A stretch of DNA of 64,000 nt from an uncultured cyanobacterium (GTDB lineage: Bacteria; Cyanobacteriota; Cyanobacteriia; CAKZMO01): contig CAVRCJ010000017.1 of assembly GCA_963719515.1 (NCBI GenBank), forward strand, positions 88,455 through 152,454, read 5' to 3'. Both the position numbers and the translations under genes were made by a program. The notes below the pieces were generated by a model. The model saw only the letters and a list, made by a program, of their open reading frames with translations. It had not been told where the DNA came from and ran no database searches. Of this stretch, positions 11,960-20,569 are shown in pieces; position 1 is the stretch's first letter, and each line of letters begins with the position of its first letter.

Positions 11960-13045
11960 CTACCGCTTGCTCAATTCTTTCTCAGAGGCGATCGCCCTTT
12001 GAGTTCTTAGGTCCTTGGCAGTCGCGACGCTAGCCGGGGCTGCCAAGGGCTCCCGAGATACCCTGCCTTTAACTGCGTTTAAGAAACGATGCATCAGCGC
12101 CTTCAAGTTGGGCCTAGCAAACGCAAACGGCAGGGTCGTGAGCGATGGGTGCCCTCGCATCAGCCGGTACCAGGTCGCCCATCGCTGAGGCACGTCAAGC
12201 CAAGTGGCGTTTCCTCCCAGCTCAGACCGAAACCGCTGCGACGCACAGGCGTAGGGAGAGAGAGATTGGTATATCTGATGGGCAGCCTCAGGCAACCAAG
12301 GTTTACGCCCTATAGCGTGGATCAAAGGTGGGACTCCCCACCAGAGGCTCATTAGCCGCTGAAGGGGGCCGTAGTGACTTGGCGTGGGACATTGAGCGAT
12401 GTCTCGCCCCATTTTGAGTAAATGGATCGGAATCGCTCGGTACGTTTTAGACCCCAACATGGCGTGAAGCACCGCGTCGCTGCCAAGCATATGGGTGGGA
12501 CGCTGCTTGCGCGGCTGAGTTTGACAGTGGCGATAGTCTGGACTGTCAAGCAGGGCTTTCCAGTGGTGCAAAAAGCTTCGGTGGGACGGCGTCACCCGGA
12601 AGCAGCAGGCTGAAGGATTTACGGGAAACTTGCGGCCTAGCTCAAACCCCCAGGGCGTTACACAAGAAGCGGTTTGGAACGTCCGGGAGATTTCGGCTGC
12701 GACCATGACTTCAGCCGGCTGGTTGAGCAGCAGTTGAGGCAAAGGATGGGTCAAAATAATGTCGTCGTCGAGCCAGATGGCCTGCTGATAGCCCCGCTCA
12801 AGCGCCCAAAGTAGGGCATCTGGTTTGACGTTAAATCCAGAAGAATTTCCAGGAGACCAGTAGTGGCCGTTGACAGGGCGATCGCTTATCCACTGGCGAA
12901 AGTCGGGGGTGGCGTTGGGGGCAAAGATGTGGACGTCTACGTCAGAGGCGTAGACCAAGAGACTAGTGGTCAGGAGCTTGAGTCCAACCTCATAGCGCGG
13001 CCTGTCCTCATAGATGACGAGGGCCGTTGAGCGATCTTTGAGCAT
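11960..13045 (-). CDS. Putative GT-A fold glycosyltransferase (nucleotide-diphospho-sugar transferase-like); start uncertain
   Basis: NVKPDALL, AIWLDDDI (DxD) and HAIGRKPW (HxxGxKPW, as in GT8-like enzymes). Confidence 0.55.
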   Translation of the reverse strand: MLKDRSTALVIYEDRPRYEVGLKLLTTSLLVYASDVDVHIFAPNATPDFRQWISDRPVNGHYWSPGNSSGFNVKPDALLWALERGYQQAIWLDDDIILTHPLPQLLLNQPAEVMVAAEISRTFQTASCVTPWGFELGRKFPVNPSACCFRVTPSHRSFLHHWKALLDSPDYRHCQTQPRKQRPTHMLGSDAVLHAMLGSKTYRAIPIHLLKMGRDIAQCPTPSHYGPLQRLMSLWWGVPPLIHAIGRKPWLPEAAHQIYQSLSPYACASQRFRSELGGNATWLDVPQRWATWYRLMRGHPSLTTLPFAFARPNLKALMHRFLNAVKGRVSREPLAAPASVATAKDLRTQRAIASEKELSKR

Positions 13046-13460
13046 GATAGTAGTCTCTATCCGATAGGTAAATGCTGGCCACCCGACAGTGCTAACCGTC
13101 TTGTTGTCGACGCGCCGCCTAATCTCACCTAAGTTGGTTCGATTGAGCACAGTCATTCGCTGATCTGCGAGAATGCTGGTTTGCAAGAATACTTATCAAA
13201 AGTGCTCGCGCACAGCTTAACTCGGACGCCGCTGGTCTCTACGAGGGAATTTACTGGGATTATGTTCCCGAATTGCTCTTAATTGTGGTGTTTTTTTTAA
13301 TATGCTCAAGACCAGGATAATCGCGTCCCTTTCGCCGTATCTCTCTCCGGGGTATTAGAATCAGATATGAATTGGGGTCTACGCCGCTGAAACCCTCAGT
13401 TGATGAGGGAACATCAGCGAGATGACTCTGAAGCAAGTTAAGGATTGAGGGCGAGTTCCT

Positions 13461-15188
13461 ATGGCGCTACCGGAAGGCGATGAGCAGCAGTCAGACCGCT
13501 CAACGTCAGGTCAGACCTCTGACTCGACAGCGGAGCTGAGTCAAATTCGTGAAAACCTGAACGCGTTTCAGCGCGACATCGTGTCTCAGCTCACGGAGGA
13601 TGTAGGCCGCCTGCAGCAGGAGAAGACGGAACTGGTGCAGACCAACCGTCAGCTCCGCGATCAGCAGCAGGATCTACAAAAGCAGCAGCAGCTTACCTCT
13701 CAACAGCAGCTTGCCCAGCAGCAGCAGTGGGCAAAGCAGTTTGCCCAAGCCTTAGCCAATCGACTCTATGCCCTGCTCGTTCAAAAAATGGAGGCCAATC
13801 AGCTAGGCCAGAGTGATCTACCTTCAGACCCCGCCCAGGCCATTGCCTCCAAAAACCGGGAGCTCTCTCCAGACAGGCTGCAGAACGTCATTCAGGAGCT
13901 AAACCGGCACGAAGGCTCTGTGGCGGAGCGCCTGAAACGCTTACAGCAGATGGAGCAGCGCGGAGAGGCCTTGCTAGATGCCCTTGCTCGCCGAGCTGAC
14001 CTGCAGCCCCCCGCAGTCGAATCCTCTGGGCAATCTACTTTATCGCTGCAAAAGGCGGACGACTCCGACCAGTCGTCTGCAGCGTTGCCCAATCTATCGA
14101 CGACTGGAGCGACCTCCCAGAGCGCTGTGCCCTCTCAGGTCTCCGCCCCTCCCCCGCAGCCCGCCCCGCCAGCCGGCCAAGGGCGATCGCCTTTCCAGGT
14201 CGGCCTACTGCTGATCTTGCTTTCCACGGTGGCGCTTTCGCTCCACAACGTCATCGTTGGCATCATTGGCGCGCCCAGCCGCGTGTTTAATATTTGGCAA
14301 GTGGGGGGCTTTATCGAGCTCAAGAGCCTGGATAGCTCTCTGCTGCTGCTGTGGCTACGGATGATCATCGTTATGCCCCTGATGGCGGCTGTGGCAAGCT
14401 TTATCTATCCAGCGGCCTGGCGCGACATTCGCTCGTTTGCCTCCTCCCGCGATCGTAGGCTGCTGAGAAACGTCTGCGGCAGTGGGGTGTTCTTGTTTTT
14501 GTCCCAGGTGCTGATTTATATCTCCATTGGGCAAATTGGTCCCGGTATTGCGGTAACTATTCTATTCATGTACCCAATCATTACGGTACCGCTAGCCTGG
14601 CTGCTGTTTGGCGATCGCCCGACAATTGTGCGAATAGGGGTGATGATAGCAATTTCCATCGGCATTGTTTTGGCCGCTCTGCCCAATCTGACCGCCGCCG
14701 GAAGCGTCTCGTTTCTTGGGGTGAGTACGGCGGTGCTGGCAGGCGTTGCCTTTGCCTTTTATCTGATCTCGATGCAGCTTAGCTTTCGTCGCCTCCACCC
14801 GGTCCCCGTGAGCATCGTTCAGTTTTTTACAATTTTCCTGCTGACCAATCTCATCTTGCTGTTTCGCCCCGTGCAAATCGAGCCCTTTAACCCCTTGGGG
14901 CTTGTGGTGGGGGGCTTTGTTCTAGGTACGTTGACGCTGCTAGGCTATCTGCTCAACAACTTTGGCGTGCGCATGATGGGAGCAGCCCGGGCGTCCATTG
15001 TGGCGTCAAGTGGTCCTGTACTCACGGCGCTGCTGGCGTTCGTGGTCACGCCGGGGTCGCGGACGGTGCTCAACGGCATTCAGATCCTTGGTATCTTGAT
15101 TGTGACCTTAGGCGTCACAGCGTTAGCGTTTGAGCGCCTGCTGTCGCAGCAGGCCAAACGCCGACAGAGAGCGGCTGCTCAACAATAA
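13461..15188 (+). CDS. SepJ/FraG-like protein: coiled-coil N-terminus, Pro/Ser linker, EamA/DMT permease
   Basis: Gln/Leu heptad-rich N-terminal ~180 aa, P/S/A-rich linker, ~10 TM segments with IGPGIAVTILFMYP and GAARASIVASSGP. Confidence 0.75.
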   Translation: MALPEGDEQQSDRSTSGQTSDSTAELSQIRENLNAFQRDIVSQLTEDVGRLQQEKTELVQTNRQLRDQQQDLQKQQQLTSQQQLAQQQQWAKQFAQALANRLYALLVQKMEANQLGQSDLPSDPAQAIASKNRELSPDRLQNVIQELNRHEGSVAERLKRLQQMEQRGEALLDALARRADLQPPAVESSGQSTLSLQKADDSDQSSAALPNLSTTGATSQSAVPSQVSAPPPQPAPPAGQGRSPFQVGLLLILLSTVALSLHNVIVGIIGAPSRVFNIWQVGGFIELKSLDSSLLLLWLRMIIVMPLMAAVASFIYPAAWRDIRSFASSRDRRLLRNVCGSGVFLFLSQVLIYISIGQIGPGIAVTILFMYPIITVPLAWLLFGDRPTIVRIGVMIAISIGIVLAALPNLTAAGSVSFLGVSTAVLAGVAFAFYLISMQLSFRRLHPVPVSIVQFFTIFLLTNLILLFRPVQIEPFNPLGLVVGGFVLGTLTLLGYLLNNFGVRMMGAARASIVASSGPVLTALLAFVVTPGSRTVLNGIQILGILIVTLGVTALAFERLLSQQAKRRQRAAAQQ

Positions 15189-15198
15189 TATAGGAGTA

Positions 15199-15999
15199 AT
15201 GCATACCTTTATCCCCCCCCAGCGCTTTTTTCCCTACCTCACTTGGACAGACATTGAGGCCATGGACGACAAGGCCAACACCGTCATCGTTCAACCTATG
15301 GGCGCAATCGAGCAGCATGGCCCCCACCTGCCGCTGATTGTCGATGCGGCGATCGCCACCGCAGTCATTGGCCAAGCCTTAGAGAAGCTAGAGCCCGAGG
15401 TGCCGGTGTACGTTCTCCCCACGCTGCACTACGGCAAGTCCAACGAGCATTGGGGCTTTCCCGGCACCATTACCCTCAGCGCAGCGACCTTAGGCGCAAC
15501 CCTCACTGAAGTAGCCCAGAGCCTCTACCGAGCCGGATTTCGCAAACTAGTTTTGCTCAACGGCCACGGCGGCCAGCCCCAGGTTCTCGAAATCGTGGCC
15601 CGAGACCTGCACCAAAAACACGCAGATTTTCTCCTGTTTCCTCTATTTGTGTGGAACGCCCCCCATGCGGCAGCAGAGTTGCTCACGCCCAAAGAGAGGG
15701 CCTTGGGCATTCATGCGGGGGACGCTGAAACCAGCGTCTTGCTCTCTCTGCTGCCTGACCAAGTGCATATGGACCGGGCCGTGACGGAGTATCCCCCCCT
15801 GCAGGAAGATGGCCTGCTGAGCATGGAGGGTAAGCTGCCCTTCGCCTGGACCACCCGCGACCTCAGCCGCAGCGGGGTAGTGGGTGATGCCACTGCGGCC
15901 ACCCGTGAGAAGGGCGATCGCATCTTGAATTCGGTGTCGGATGGCTGGGTCAAAGTGCTGCGAGAACTGTACAGATTTCAGCAGCCTGAGCCAGATTAA
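15199..15999 (+). CDS. Creatininase family protein
   Basis: GAIEQHGPHLP, GKSNEH..FPGTI, NGHGG, HAGDAETS; AGGAG RBS before the ATG at 15199. Confidence 0.92.
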   Translation: MHTFIPPQRFFPYLTWTDIEAMDDKANTVIVQPMGAIEQHGPHLPLIVDAAIATAVIGQALEKLEPEVPVYVLPTLHYGKSNEHWGFPGTITLSAATLGATLTEVAQSLYRAGFRKLVLLNGHGGQPQVLEIVARDLHQKHADFLLFPLFVWNAPHAAAELLTPKERALGIHAGDAETSVLLSLLPDQVHMDRAVTEYPPLQEDGLLSMEGKLPFAWTTRDLSRSGVVGDATAATREKGDRILNSVSDGWVKVLRELYRFQQPEPD

Positions 16000-16086
16000 T
16001 CCCGCTCCCAACGGTTATTTAGGCTTCTCTCAGATTGGTCGCTTAAGGTTAGCTTTAGTTGTCAAGCCTGCTGAGAAAATACCCCG

Positions 16087-18309
16087 ATGGTTGCACCGAT
16101 GGCTCGCGATGGATCTTTTCGGCCTCAGCTCACGACCTTCATCTTGCTTGGGATAGCGGCGTTTGTCAGCGCAGTTACCGTTGCCTGGTTTGCAGGGAAC
16201 GGCGCTATCACCCAATCGTTTGAGCAGCTTCAAGTCGTTCAGGCTCATCCCCCCGAATGGATTATGGCTCCGGCGAGCTTGGGGAAGTCTTCCCTCTTTT
16301 GGGTTGTCGCCCCCGTAGGACTCGTGCTGGCAATCATGCACCGCTTTCCCCGGCCCACTGCCGGGTCGCGGCTGGTCATCGTCGGCATTGTGGCCACCCT
16401 CACAGTTCGCTACCTGATGTGGCGATCGCTCTCCACCCTCAACCTCAGCACGCCCCTCAACGGCGTTTTTAGTCTGGGGCTATTTTCCCTGGAGCTCTTG
16501 GCCTTAGGGACCGGCATGATTCATTTACTGCTGCTGCTGCGGATTCGAGACCGACGACCGCAGGCAGACCGGCTTGCTCCAGATGTGCTGGAGGGTCGCT
16601 TTTGCCCCACTGTGGATGTTCTAATTCCCACCTACAACGAGCCCGAATTTATCTTGAGGCGCACGGTAATTGGCTGTCAGGCTTTGAGCTATAGCCGCAA
16701 AACTATCTACCTACTCGACGACACCCGTCGCCTTTGGGTGAAGGAAATGGCCGAGGAGCTGGGCTGCGAGTATCGTACCCGCCCTGATAACCGCCACGCC
16801 AAAGCCGGAAACCTCAACTACACCATTCCTAGAACCAGCGGGGAACTGCTCGTCGTGTTCGATGCGGACTTCATCCCCACGCAGGACTTCCTCACCCGCA
16901 CCGTCGGATTTTTCCAGGACCACAAGGTGGCCTTAGTGCAGACCCCTCAGTCTTTCTACAACCCCGACCCCATCGCCCGCAATCTAGGCTTAGAAGACGT
17001 GCTGACGCCGGATGAAGAGGCCTTTTACCGGCAGATTCAATGCGTGCGGGATGGGGCGGGCAGCGTGGTTTGTGCCGGAACCTCTTTTATCGTACGGCGC
17101 ACAGCGTTAGCGTCAGTAGGGGGCTTTGTTACAGAGGCGGTAAGCGAAGACTTTTTTACCGGCATTCGTCTGGCGGCCAAGGGCTACCGGCTGATCTACC
17201 TAAACGAAAAGCTGAGCGCGGGACTGGCCGCTGAAGACATCGCTTCCTTTGCGGTGCAGCGCATCCGCTGGGCCCAGGGAACGCTGCAGGCGTTTTTCAT
17301 CAGCGCTAACCCACTCACTATCCCAGGGCTAAAGCCGATACAGCGGCTGGGCTACTTTGAGGGTCTGCTGCACTGGTTTAACAACATCGCCCGGGTGTGG
17401 TTCTTGCTTATGCCCCTGGCCTACTCCTTTTTGGGAGTAGTGCCCTTGCAGACTACCGGCGCAGAGCTGCTGTACTTTTTGGTGCCCTACTACCTGGTGC
17501 AGCTGATGACCTTTTCCTGGCTCAACTACCGCTCCCGTTCGGCCATACTCTCCGATATCTACGCCCTAGTGCTCGCCTTTCCTCTGGCCCTGACGGTAAT
17601 TCGCGTTATGCTGCACCCCTTTAAAGGCGGGTTTAAGGTGACGCCCAAAGGCAACGCTAGCGATCGCTATCGGTTCAACTGGCAGCTTGGCTGGCCTCTG
17701 ATAGCTGTGTTTGTGCTCACCGTAACTAGCCTATGGTTCAGCCTCACCCACGCCCCTCTTTTAAGCAGTTCTCAGGGGAGCTTAGATGGTGAAGGTATGC
17801 GCATCATTGGGTTTTGGAGCGTCTATAACCTGATTATGATCGGCGTTGCCCTATTGATACTCATAGATGTTCCGCGCCCTGACGTTTACGAGTGGTTTTC
17901 ACTCTCTTGCACTGCGCTGCTCACCTTGGACGGCAAACCCTGTCGGGGTGTTAGCACGATGCTCTCTGAGCATGGAGGAGAGTTTGTGTTGACAGCGGCA
18001 CCTGAGGCAGTCTCAAACGATGCCGTAGCTCAGATTGAGCTCGTAGAGGAGGGCCTCCAGCTGTCGGGCCGGGTGACTCGGACCAGGCGTCAAGGGCTGC
18101 TCAGGATCCGCGTTGCGTTTGATCCGCTGCCGCTGCCCCAAGAGCGCCGGCTCGTGAAGCTGCTGTTTTGCCGGCCTGGGCAATGGCGCAGTCGCCGCAC
18201 CCCCAGCGAGCTGCACTCCCTCTGGCTAATTCTGAAGACGCTTATGCGGCCACAGGTGCTGTTCAACCGTAACGTAGACGTTCGTCCAGTAAGCGTAGCG
18301 AAGCAGTAA
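16087..18309 (+). CDS. Cellulose synthase catalytic subunit-like processive GT2 with a C-terminal PilZ-like domain
   Basis: IPTYNE, LLDD, HAKAGN, FDAD, QTPQ, SED and QRIRW motifs with flanking TM helices. Confidence 0.9.
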   Translation: MVAPMARDGSFRPQLTTFILLGIAAFVSAVTVAWFAGNGAITQSFEQLQVVQAHPPEWIMAPASLGKSSLFWVVAPVGLVLAIMHRFPRPTAGSRLVIVGIVATLTVRYLMWRSLSTLNLSTPLNGVFSLGLFSLELLALGTGMIHLLLLLRIRDRRPQADRLAPDVLEGRFCPTVDVLIPTYNEPEFILRRTVIGCQALSYSRKTIYLLDDTRRLWVKEMAEELGCEYRTRPDNRHAKAGNLNYTIPRTSGELLVVFDADFIPTQDFLTRTVGFFQDHKVALVQTPQSFYNPDPIARNLGLEDVLTPDEEAFYRQIQCVRDGAGSVVCAGTSFIVRRTALASVGGFVTEAVSEDFFTGIRLAAKGYRLIYLNEKLSAGLAAEDIASFAVQRIRWAQGTLQAFFISANPLTIPGLKPIQRLGYFEGLLHWFNNIARVWFLLMPLAYSFLGVVPLQTTGAELLYFLVPYYLVQLMTFSWLNYRSRSAILSDIYALVLAFPLALTVIRVMLHPFKGGFKVTPKGNASDRYRFNWQLGWPLIAVFVLTVTSLWFSLTHAPLLSSSQGSLDGEGMRIIGFWSVYNLIMIGVALLILIDVPRPDVYEWFSLSCTALLTLDGKPCRGVSTMLSEHGGEFVLTAAPEAVSNDAVAQIELVEEGLQLSGRVTRTRRQGLLRIRVAFDPLPLPQERRLVKLLFCRPGQWRSRRTPSELHSLWLILKTLMRPQVLFNRNVDVRPVSVAKQ

Positions 18310-18354
18310 ACCAGAGCGTGTAGCGAAGTAGTAAACCAGAGCGTGTAGCGAAGC
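18295..18354. repeat. 25-bp tandem repeat (2.4 copies) overlapping the GT2 stop codon
   Basis: GTAGCGAAGYAGTAAACCAGAGCGT x2 followed by GTAGCGAAGC. Confidence 0.85.
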
Positions 18355-18426
18355 CGTAGGTCAAGGTATGTGGCAAAGCCTAGAGCGATCGCCCTATCGC
18401 TAGGCGTTCTAGATTTGGCGCAGAGA

Positions 18427-19242
18427 TCAGCCCTCCTTCAAATCCTTACCGTCGCTGATAATCTCGGCCATGGCCTCCGTCAGATTATCTGGGTTCATAA
18501 AGATAATCTTGGAGTTGTTGCTTTGTCCCAGCCGGTAGTTGGCGTCTACATTGCGCTGGGCAATCAAATACTGGAGAACAGCCTGGGGATTTACCTTACC
18601 CTGCAGCGCCTCTGCGATAAGCTTGGCTGACTCAACCGTCGCCTGCGCTTCTGCGATCGCCGCCTGTCGCTTTCCTTCCGCCACGAGAACAGCGGCCCGC
18701 TTTTCACTCTCTGCCGCTCGCTCTTGCTCCAGCGACTTTTGAATCGTCTCGGGCAGCTGAATGTTCTGCACCTCGACGCGAATGACTTTGACGCCCCAGG
18801 TAGCCGTGGCGTCGTCTAACTGCTCTAGCAGAATGCGGTTGATTTCCTGCCGCGAGGAGTAGGTTTCCTCCAGCTGCATCTCCCCCACCAGGGACCTGAG
18901 GCTAGTAATTACCAGATTTTGCAGCGCTTCCTCTACGTCCTCAATGGTGTAGTAGGTCTGCTGTAGTTCCAAGATACGCCAGTAGACTACCGCGTCAATC
19001 TTGAAGCTGACATTATCTGACGTAAAGGCATCTTGGGGGTCGATGTCTAGGATTTGCTCTCGCGTTGTGGCCACCCACACAATCTTGTCTAGCATCGGGA
19101 CAATGAAGTTTAGCCCCGGCGTTAGTTTGCGGTGGTAGCGCCCTACGCGCTCAACGATCGCTTCGTAGCTCTCGTTAATAACGCGAATCGATCCAACGGT
19201 GTAGCCAATAATTAAAAAGGCTAGGATAGCAAGCGCTTCCAT
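18427..19242 (-). CDS. SPFH/stomatin (band 7) family protein
   Basis: N-terminal TM; IVERVGRY, PGLNFIVP, WGVKVIRVEVQNI, AESEKRAAVLVAEG. Confidence 0.93.
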   Translation of the reverse strand: MEALAILAFLIIGYTVGSIRVINESYEAIVERVGRYHRKLTPGLNFIVPMLDKIVWVATTREQILDIDPQDAFTSDNVSFKIDAVVYWRILELQQTYYTIEDVEEALQNLVITSLRSLVGEMQLEETYSSRQEINRILLEQLDDATATWGVKVIRVEVQNIQLPETIQKSLEQERAAESEKRAAVLVAEGKRQAAIAEAQATVESAKLIAEALQGKVNPQAVLQYLIAQRNVDANYRLGQSNNSKIIFMNPDNLTEAMAEIISDGKDLKEG

Positions 19243-19303
19243 GATCGCTCAACTCCTTGCGAGATAGCTCTACTATCGCATAATCCTTACGTCACTGTGG
19301 TGC

Positions 19304-19747
19304 CTACTGAGACCCATCACCGACAGGCATAACCCAAAGAGTGTTGCCTTCGCGCCCCACAACGTGGACCAACTCTCCGATTTCAATCACCATGTCGGAC
19401 GCCTCGCAGCGAGCTTTCCAAATGGAGCCCTGGTAAGACACGTCCCCAGTGCGACTGGGATAAATTGCGCGCAGCACTTTACCATTTGTGACGGGCCTGA
19501 GATCTCCGGCTGGGCTGGGAACCAAACCCCGGAGCACAACCGTCAACGCCACGGCCAAAATTGTCCAAATCAGCAGCTGTATCGTCAGCGAGAAGACGGT
19601 GAGCGCCGCAATCGACGTGATGATGGCGGCTAGCCCTAAAGCGGCAATCACGAGCTCCCCCGTCATTACCCCCAATAGCAGGCCCCCGACCCCAGCAACT
19701 AGCCAGAGAAGGTGGGTAGACTGACCTAAAAAAAGATCCCCCAACAT
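19304..19747 (-). CDS. NfeD-like protein (short form: TM segments + OB fold)
   Basis: Hydrophobic N-half, GDVSYQGSIWKA, VVGREGNTLWV; directly upstream of the SPFH gene. Confidence 0.88.
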   Translation of the reverse strand: MLGDLFLGQSTHLLWLVAGVGGLLLGVMTGELVIAALGLAAIITSIAALTVFSLTIQLLIWTILAVALTVVLRGLVPSPAGDLRPVTNGKVLRAIYPSRTGDVSYQGSIWKARCEASDMVIEIGELVHVVGREGNTLWVMPVGDGSQ

Positions 19748-19827
19748 TGCTTTGTACCTCCAATTGCCCTGGTCACTACATTACTGCAAGATGCAGGGCA
19801 ATTGAGGTGATGGCGGTATTGCTGGCC

Positions 19828-20421
19828 CTATTTCCTGTCTAACTTGGTCCCCAGCCGCTGGAGCCCGACGATGAGCAATACCCCCGCCAGAGCTCCTCCC
19901 AAATGGGCAATGCGGTTCACCCCGTCGGCGACCCCCACCTGCTGAATCTCACTCAGCACTTGAGACACCACAAACTGCCCTAAGATAATCACCTCTACCA
20001 ACCGTCTCCAGTTCCAGGTCAACCGAATTAAAACGCTCACCGCAAACAGACCAAACACGGCTCCCGATGCCCCTAGAGAGATGATGCGGACCGGCTGCAA
20101 TACCCAGCTCAGCAGGTTGGCGGCAAACCCCGTCAGTAGATAGCTGCTCACCACACCCAGCACCCCTTCTTCCTCTTCGACCAAGCGACCGAACACATAG
20201 AGCATGAACAGGTTGCCCGACAGGTGAGTCCAGTTGGCGTGACAAAACAGGGACGTGATGAACTGGTACCACTGGGGGTTAGCGTGATTGAGATAGAGCC
20301 CCTGCAGTGGTAGACCCAGGGGGTGATCAAGCAGGTAAACCAACAGATTGATGGTGACCAGGGCGAACACGCCATTGTAGGTACGCTGGCGGGCCACTGG
20401 GGCGGTGGTGGTGTTGAGCAT
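19828..20421 (-). CDS. Rhomboid family intramembrane serine protease
   Basis: HANWTHLSGN, GASGAVFG (catalytic Ser), AHLGGALAG (catalytic His). Confidence 0.93.
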   Translation of the reverse strand: MLNTTTAPVARQRTYNGVFALVTINLLVYLLDHPLGLPLQGLYLNHANPQWYQFITSLFCHANWTHLSGNLFMLYVFGRLVEEEEGVLGVVSSYLLTGFAANLLSWVLQPVRIISLGASGAVFGLFAVSVLIRLTWNWRRLVEVIILGQFVVSQVLSEIQQVGVADGVNRIAHLGGALAGVLLIVGLQRLGTKLDRK

Positions 20422-20569
20422 GGGTGATTGTCAGCAGAATTAGACGGTGGATTAAAGGCGCAAACCGAAAGTCCTACTGCTCTAATCTAGCGTTAGGATC
20501 GGGGGCATTGGTATTGGTCGCCCAGATGGAGGCAGTGCCATGTCCCTACCGCCAACCAAACGCGATCGC

